A stretch of 64,000 nt of DNA, from assembly GCF_009914755.1 (NCBI RefSeq), contig NC_060926.1; one strand, 5' to 3'. A program made the translations under genes and the position numbers. Source of the stretch: the human T2T-CHM13v2.0 reference genome, Homo sapiens. The notes beneath the pieces were generated by a model. That model had not been told where the DNA came from, searched no databases, and saw only the letters and a list, made by a program, of their open reading frames with translations. The first letter of the stretch is position 1. Each line of letters begins with the position of its first letter. Below are positions 57,722 through 64,000 of the stretch, in pieces.

Positions 57722-59049
57722 CTAGAAATCATGGTGTACCAATATTAAATGTTATTTTTTAGTTCTCCAAAAAAAACTACAGAATGAAGTGCCAAATTAT
57801 TATATTTTGGAAAAACTGCCATTGGCAACATATGGGTAAACAATTACAAACTCAAAAACTGATGGTAACTCTATCAGCTGCAATGCATACATTTGTTAGG
57901 ATCAACATTGATATATATTTATTTTAATCTTTCAGCACCACTGTATAAATATAGCCTGTCAATGTTACGACCCACTATGCTGCATACCAACTGAAGCCCG
58001 ACCTTTAGTTTACTGACTGCGTGAACCATGAATGCACCATAACGTTCCAAAGGACATAAGGATGTTAAATCTTCTCTACATTTTAAAGTTTAGACGGATT
58101 TAACTTCCCCTTCAACTTGTATTCATTCCAGCCATGCAGATTCTGCACAACCCAATGGAATGTGTGAGGAAAAGGGTCAAAGAGAGTGCATCACAGTGAA
58201 AAAAATCACCAAGTGTACCACGAGTTTCCAGAAGTAGATTTTACCTTCTGCATTACCATTTGGGTTAACTCAGGCAATCATGACTTCAGGGAATTTTTGT
58301 CTTTATTTATAAAGTGAGGAAAGGTAAACTAAAGCCGTGGGTTAAAATTTAAATTTTGATGGTGTATATACTCTAGAAAACAGAAGTGTGGGAAGCCAAA
58401 GGAAAGCCCAGAAGAAGATGGAGTGGAAGTAAGAGTGGACCTAGGATGTCAAACCTGTGTTCCACTAGTTTGCAGAACACACTGGGTTAGCAAATCCCAA
58501 AGGTTTACTCCTTGTCTAGAATCCTATAACCATGAGATTATAAATTTCTACATCCCTTGCTCATGAATTCTCCTGGTAACATAGGAACCTATCTTTACTG
58601 CCAAAAGATTGTGCCCTTCATTTTGTTTGTTTTTAAAACTGCATATTCAATGCCTAAAATAATACGCCAAAATTGTAAGTGGCTCTTTGTAAAAGAAATT
58701 CTAAACAGGGTCTTTTTACAATTTTTATTTAACTTGCTTAGGGAAGAAATTGAAGTCCAGTCCACATGCCTATTTGGCAGATGCTATTTGGATCACCCTC
58801 TTTAGAAAGAGTGGCTTACTTATAAACCAATAATTCTAATTTTATTTCAGCAGTTGGGTTGGTGTTGATCTTTCCTTGAAGTTTATACAAAAGGTCTACA
58901 GTGTAGAAACCATTCTAAGTAGTTTCAACATTCCCAAGTTACAGATGGATCTAATATTCTCCTTTCCCTTTATTCTACTTATCTTTATTCTGGGACAGGG
59001 GACCCTCACAATATCATCCTTTCCCCATTTGCCCATGAATTTAACATCT

Positions 59050-59560
59050 ACATTCATTTCTTTTATATCTATTAGTTGAGCACACACTGCATGCCAGACA
59101 CTGAGCTTTATGCTAGAGAGGCATTGCTTCACAAAACCCAAAACACATGTTCTTGGCCCTCCAAGAACAGGGAGTCCAGTGAGAAAAGCCCCAAAAGAGG
59201 TCATAATGCCAACATATACTAAGTACTCAGAAAGTGATATAATGCCAAAATCTTAAGTACCAGAATGTTATGGGCACCCAAAGGAGAGTCACCCAACCTT
59301 TTCTTAGCAAGGCTAAGTAGATTTTTCCAAAGGAGATGATTCCTAAAATAAGAACCAAAGGACAAATAGAAACCGACTTTGCTGGGAGTGGAAGAAGTCT
59401 GGCCAATTGGCTCAACCAAGGCCCAAGACTGAGATAATATGCAGTCCTCAGAAATACAAGTACAATTTTAAAAAAGTATAGTTTTGGGGTTCTAGGGGGA
59501 GAAAAGATGAGGCTGATGAAATAGAGCCTAACTAAAGTACGGCCATTTAAGTATGAACAC
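59050..59560 (-). mobile_element. L2 fragment
   Basis: 'ttgagcacacactgcatgccagacactgagct'. Confidence 0.65.
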
Positions 59561-59629
59561 GATATGATTAGTTATACATTAGAGAGATTCCACAAAGAGT
59601 CCCATGACACTATTCAGCTCATGTTCAAT

Positions 59630-60115
59630 ATCAGTTATACATTGTCACAATAATGCCAAGTAACCAACTATCCCAACACTCAGTGGCTTAAAACAAAGTG
59701 GTTATTTGGCACAGGAGTCTTCACATGGGCAGTTCAGACAGGATAAGCCTGCACATTCTCCTGGGCTCAGCTGGGTTCACCATGTCTGGGGGGCCACTGA
59801 CCATGAATTGGCTGATCTAGGCTGGCTTAGGCTGGGGCAACCAGAAAGACTCAGCTCTGCTTCCCAATTCTCAACTCTGTGCATGTTCTCATGCGAGGAC
59901 AGAGGAACAAGAAGGGAAGCAGAAATGTATAAGAACTTTCTCAGGTTTCTAAAGAGTCATGTCTGATAACATCCTTTTGTTCAAAATAAGATGCTTGTCT
60001 AACATAACAGACTCTGCCTGTTGCATAAGAGGCTGTGTAAAGTCGCATGGCAAAAAGAATGTTTTCAGAGCTAGCTGAAGTGTTGTAGCCAGTACTGCTA
60101 TCAAACTATTACACA
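59630..60115 (-). mobile_element. MLT1G/H-like LTR
   Basis: 'tcagttatacattg...actcagtggcttaaaacaa...gggctcagctggg...aagtcgcatggcaaa'. Confidence 0.7.
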
Positions 60116-60454
60116 TACAATCGCTGCTGGTGGTAGATTCTGTGTTTCCTAAGATGACAACAAATCTAAAAGACTACAGTGGTTTTATCGCATGGGGTCA
60201 TTCCTTAAATCGATCACTCACCTAAACTCCACCACCAGCACACACATGAGGTGCTTTGTCTTCAATTTTCTGAGACAGTGGCTTTCTGTCTCCAAAACAG
60301 TGAAGGTAGTGGCTGCACTTTGGGGTAAATTAGGGAAGGAGCAAAAATAAATAAGATATAAATGTAAGGGAAATATGTTTGTACAAAGAGATTTGTTTTA
60401 GCAAACTTAGGAAACAATTTCATGTAATTAAATCTAAATAAAAGTGCATCATGT

Positions 60455-60695
60455 GAGAATAAATAATGTGCTAAGTACTTTTACGTAGATTACATCAGTG
60501 CTGTCTGACACACACACATACACACACACACACAAACAAAGACACACACACACATCAGATAAATGCTATTGTTATATTATCCTCCCAATTTTACTATTGA
60601 GAAATCTGAGGCTTTGTGAGGTTACATAATAAGTAAGCACCTGAAGTTGAAACCCAGCAGTTTGATTCAATAACCCATTTGCTTAAATAATGTAC
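60455..60695 (-). mobile_element. MIR interrupted by a (CA)n tract (60508-60553)
   Basis: 'tgtgctaagtactttt...attatcctcccaattttactattgagaaatctgaggct'. Confidence 0.65.
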
Positions 60696-61189
60696 GTCAA
60701 ATTGTCTTATCCCAAAATGTCATAAATCCCACCCTTAAGAAAAGAGTGTGTTTGAAAAGATATCACCAAAGACTATCTCTTTCTTATATACTTTTCTTAA
60801 AAGTAAATGCCAAGACCCATGAACACTTTCTATAAATGAATAATTCAGTGAAAACCTCAGAAATGTATAGACTAGTGTCATGGAAAGTCTGCTTTCCTAA
60901 CAAGTCTATCTTTGATCAGTGATTCATTTACATAGATTCTGTCTACACGTCAATCCTCATGATTTGTGGCACTGCATATTTTAGAGCTTGACATATGTAT
61001 TCTTTTCACAAGCCATGTTTCACAGCAGCCTCCATTGTCTATGATAATGAAGAAAGCACGTCAGTAATAAAGCCCAGTTTCTTTCGAGACTACATTAAGA
61101 CAGACATTCAGACAAGCCTAGCAATTACTCTACCTTTGTGTGTATCACCAGCCTGCCAGGTTTACTGTCCCTTTCCCTATGGGTTAGAT

Positions 61190-61500
61190 ATTCATTCATT
61201 CATTCATTCATTCATTCAAAGGATATCTATTGAGCATCCACTCTGTGTCACGCACTGTGCTAAGCATAAGAAATACAATGGGGAACAAGTCACAAATTCA
61301 TAATCAAATGGGGTAAACAAACCACAAAATCAAGTAAACCAACAACTAAGAATAATTGCAAATGAAAATAAGATGTATAGGGTATATCTATACAATGTAC
61401 CTATACCTATATGCCTATAACAACCTTACTTTCATTAGAATGATCAGGAATTGGAAATATCGGAGCTCCCTCTGAAATGCTGAAAAGAATGAGAAGACAT
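61190..61500 (-). mobile_element. L2 3' end with (TTCA)n tail
   Basis: (ttca)7 then 'tattgagcatccactctgtgtcacgcactgtgctaagc'. Confidence 0.8.
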
Positions 61501-62479
61501 GTGCAAGGAGCTGTCTTTAATCAAAATGCTCAGGGAGGGTAGGATCTGAGTTATTCAAATATTCTGCAAATTGAGAGTTGACCAGGAAGCACTCTTGTTT
61601 TCTCCTTTATTGTTGGAATATAATAGCCCACTTTCCTGCTTTGGTTACATACACTCAATCAAGGTGAACTGTGTTCTGGTTAATCAGGTCTTCACAATGC
61701 CCAAGGTCATGATTCCCATCTTCAATCGAGGCTTGATAATATCTCTGGGTTTGCAGGGATCTCCAAAGTGACAGATCCTTCCTCCAACCCAATGCTGGAC
61801 TCTGGCATAGACTTGAAAGCATGACAGGCAGAGACGAGCAAGAGCTCATCCTAAACCATATCATGGAAGTTGTCAGGCTTTCCAAAATCAATTTTTAATG
61901 TAGGCTTTTAAAAAATTAGCTTCTTTCTCTGAAAATTTGACTATGTTCTTTAAAGCAACGTGAAAATGCTGGTTACTTGAGTTTGGATTAGTTTAACAGA
62001 CATGATAAAATAAGTCTAAACATGCACACTGGTCAAACTGTCTTGCTAGTAACTAAGGTAGTTTTTCTTTCTTTTGGTGAGAGTTTTTGTTTTGTTTTGT
62101 TGGAATATTTTTTACTCACTGGGCTAAGCATTTATAATAGCCTATCATGACTTTTACCAGAGTTCCCCTTTCACTTCAGCATAAATATATTAGTATACTG
62201 TAATAGAAAATGCCAATTCAATGAGAAGGTAAAGAACAAGTAGCAGGCAGCATTTTATCCCATTTTTATTTTCACCCAAGTTTTAGTTTCTCTATAGGCG
62301 ATTTTTATTTAGTGCCAAACTATTCTGGACTTTGCTTTAATCTGTGTAAGTTTACCAACAGGCTTTAGTTACAATGATGCTTTACAACAAATAAACATGC
62401 CAACAAAGAAAAAGGAGAGAAATGCAACATGCAAAATATCACTGATAAGCCATGTGTAGCCTTGCCGAGAATATATACG

Positions 62480-62850
62480 TGTTATGTCACTTTGGATTGC
62501 TTCTGTCTGTACCTTCATGTCCCCTCTCAACTACTGTTCACCTTGCTGTCTGCCCAGGGACACTGACCTGCTTGGAATGGGTTCTGGTTGGGTTCAACCA
62601 GTTGGAGGCATCAATCAGGAGAGAAGAGGGAAGAAGGAGGATGCAGGCAGGATATTTGTGTCCCAGGGTCACTTTAGTTGTGTCCCTGGACTGAAGGGCA
62701 CAGCTGTTCTTGTGGCAGCTTCCTACCTTCCTTCTTCCTTCTGGGTCTCAGGTCAGTAAGTTCTGAGGTTGCTCCTCCCACATTACTGCACTACCCTCAT
62801 ATTTTGTCCTTATCTTTCTGAATAGTCCTTATGTAAAACCCTACAAAAAT
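62480..62850 (+). mobile_element. LTR33-family ERVL LTR
   Basis: 'ggttgggttcaaccagttggaggcatcaatcaggaga...ctttctgaatagtccttatgtaaaac'. Confidence 0.55.
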
Positions 62851-62858
62851 GACCTTAA

Positions 62859-63180
<322 letters not shown>

Positions 63181-63344
63181 TTATCTGTTTCTTACAGGGT
63201 TCTTAACTCGTATTATTTTTTTCAGATGGTTTTTCCCTTTTCCTCAAATATTTCGACAATTGCTGTGCCATAAAATTAAATCAATTGTACCTTATGGTAG
63301 AAAGTAACTATGTATTCAATTCCTTTTCTCATACATTTCTTTAT

Positions 63345-63520
63345 TTGATTCGCCAAATAACTCTAAGATTGGTAGAACAGTTTTCAATGGCCCTATTTAT
63401 GGTTTGGAAAATAAAGGCTTAGAGGGAAGAAGTAATTGGACTATAGTCAGCATATAGATCCAGGACCCCTTAAGTTTATGATTTCTTCTTCAAGACTCTG
63501 TTCCTTAAACCATGCTATGA
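63345..63520 (-). mobile_element. MIR fragment
   Basis: 'ggaaaataaaggcttagagggaagaagtaattg'. Confidence 0.55.
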
Positions 63521-63600
63521 GAGTATACTGCAAACACCTACACAACATTTGATTATGACCACAAGATAACAACCATAAATTCTGCGTATGCAGAATCTAA

Positions 63601-64000
<400 letters not shown>

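Overview
AT-rich, repeat-dense primate (most likely human) genomic DNA that looks intronic or intergenic. I found no credible protein-coding gene, tRNA, rRNA, CpG island or CRISPR array. The ORFs with a recognisable origin come from L1 ORF2 remnants, Alu or MaLR sequence; the rest look like chance ORFs. Much of the window is recognisable transposon sequence: a 5'-truncated L1PA6-like LINE with TSD, older L1MC/L1MB/L1PB/L1ME pieces, ten Alus, a full-length THE1 provirus with a 5-bp TSD, three solo THE1 LTRs, a MER11 (HERV-K/HML-8) solo LTR, many MLT1/MST/LTR16/LTR33 LTRs, DNA-transposon MITEs (Tigger2a, MER20, MER58A, MER94, MER5, MER103, MER3/33), and L2/MIR fragments. Subfamily names are from recalled consensus sequences, not a search. 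The best non-standard observations are structural. (1) About 95 bp of unique DNA at 49420-49517 was copied about 2.5 kb upstream to 46921-47014, between two copies of a ~45-bp direct duplication (a templated insertion). (2) The adjacent L1MC 3' end is multiply inverted and partly duplicated. (3) An Alu lacks its 3' ~60 nt yet keeps a TSD. (4) A MER11 LTR inserted into an Alu TSD. (5) The THE1 provirus has discordant LTR ends. A homeodomain-motif-dense unique segment (~48.5-49.0 kb) and several splice-site-bounded candidate non-coding or micro exons are flagged as hypotheses. I see no support for a novel gene system.
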